DNA of 64,000 nt, from NCBI GenBank assembly GCA_002633005.1, contig NMRA01000018.1, positions 1,572,814 to 1,636,813 on the forward strand, read 5' to 3'. This DNA is from Phoronis australis (Eukaryota > Animalia > Phoronida). Made by a program: the position numbers and the translations under genes. The notes beneath the pieces are model-generated. The model was not told the origin of the DNA. It ran no database searches and was given only the letters and a program-made list of their open reading frames with translations. Shown piece by piece: positions 63,422-64,000 of this stretch (positions are counted from its first letter, which is position 1; each line of letters begins with the position of its first letter).

Positions 63422-64000
63422 TTAGGGTTGACTTGTCAAAGAACTATCCAATGTTATGCAGTCAGTGTTGCTGATGTTACTACAGTTGTTACAGCTGCAC
63501 ATTTCTGTACAGTTTGACCCAGCATTGCAGCACAAATTCAGTTTCCCAGCACACATGTTCTTTTTGCACTTGCAGCGTCCATCATTTAGTACTGTCAAGG
63601 GAGATGCGGTCATTGCGGCTGCCATACATTTTAACTGCAAAGCTCCACCGCCAAGGAGCCAACTATGGTCGATTAGAGAGGGTAGAGCACTGCACACTGG
63701 TGATTGGCCCGCAGGCAATGAAGGGTCAAACACTAAGTCCTTGTTTGGAGGCGGCAGGATTTGGGCAAACGTTTGATTCAAAATATGTTATAATGGGCTG
63801 TGTTAATTAGAGTCAGCAAGTGAATTATTGAACACTAGCCTCAATTCACTTTCGTATCTCTTAGTCGGGCACAAACTACAACAGTGAGTAGCTTCAACAA
63901 TATTTCTTAAGATTGCCTGTCCAAATAACTTCATGCACACCAGCTTTCTGAAGAACAGCTTCAAAGTCTTGCTTTAGTTTTGAAAGGCAAATGACATCTC
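63422..64000 (-). mobile_element. Academ-like transposase C-terminal relic in copy 3 intron 2
   Basis: LPP...LPSLIDHSW...CKCKKNMC...CCNAGSNCTEMCSCNNCSN, a CXC/tesmin-like tail typical of this group. Confidence 0.65.

Overview
AT-rich, intron-containing animal genomic DNA, probably from a marine invertebrate (inferred; the PLA2s look echinoderm/hemichordate-like). The only host genes I can support are a tandem array of three + strand secreted group I-like phospholipase A2 (sPLA2) genes about 30 kb apart. Copy 1 (452-15003) is a pseudogene. Copy 2 (31065-50636, 5 exons, 205 aa) is intact. Copy 3 (from 61187) runs off the window end. The enzymes carry an acidic RKR-terminated propeptide and an unusual Trp/Tyr/Pro-rich loop. 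Introns and spacers are filled with transposon relics: CR1/L2-like and L1/Tx1 LINEs, a Gypsy pol fragment, two Penelope-like elements with hammerhead-type motifs, tRNA-derived SINEs, a hAT family with 5-bp TSDs, and Kolobok-, Harbinger-, Academ- and ISL2EU-like remnants, plus mini- and microsatellites. Most ORFs in the supplied track are spurious. All family assignments come from manual motif reading, not database searches.
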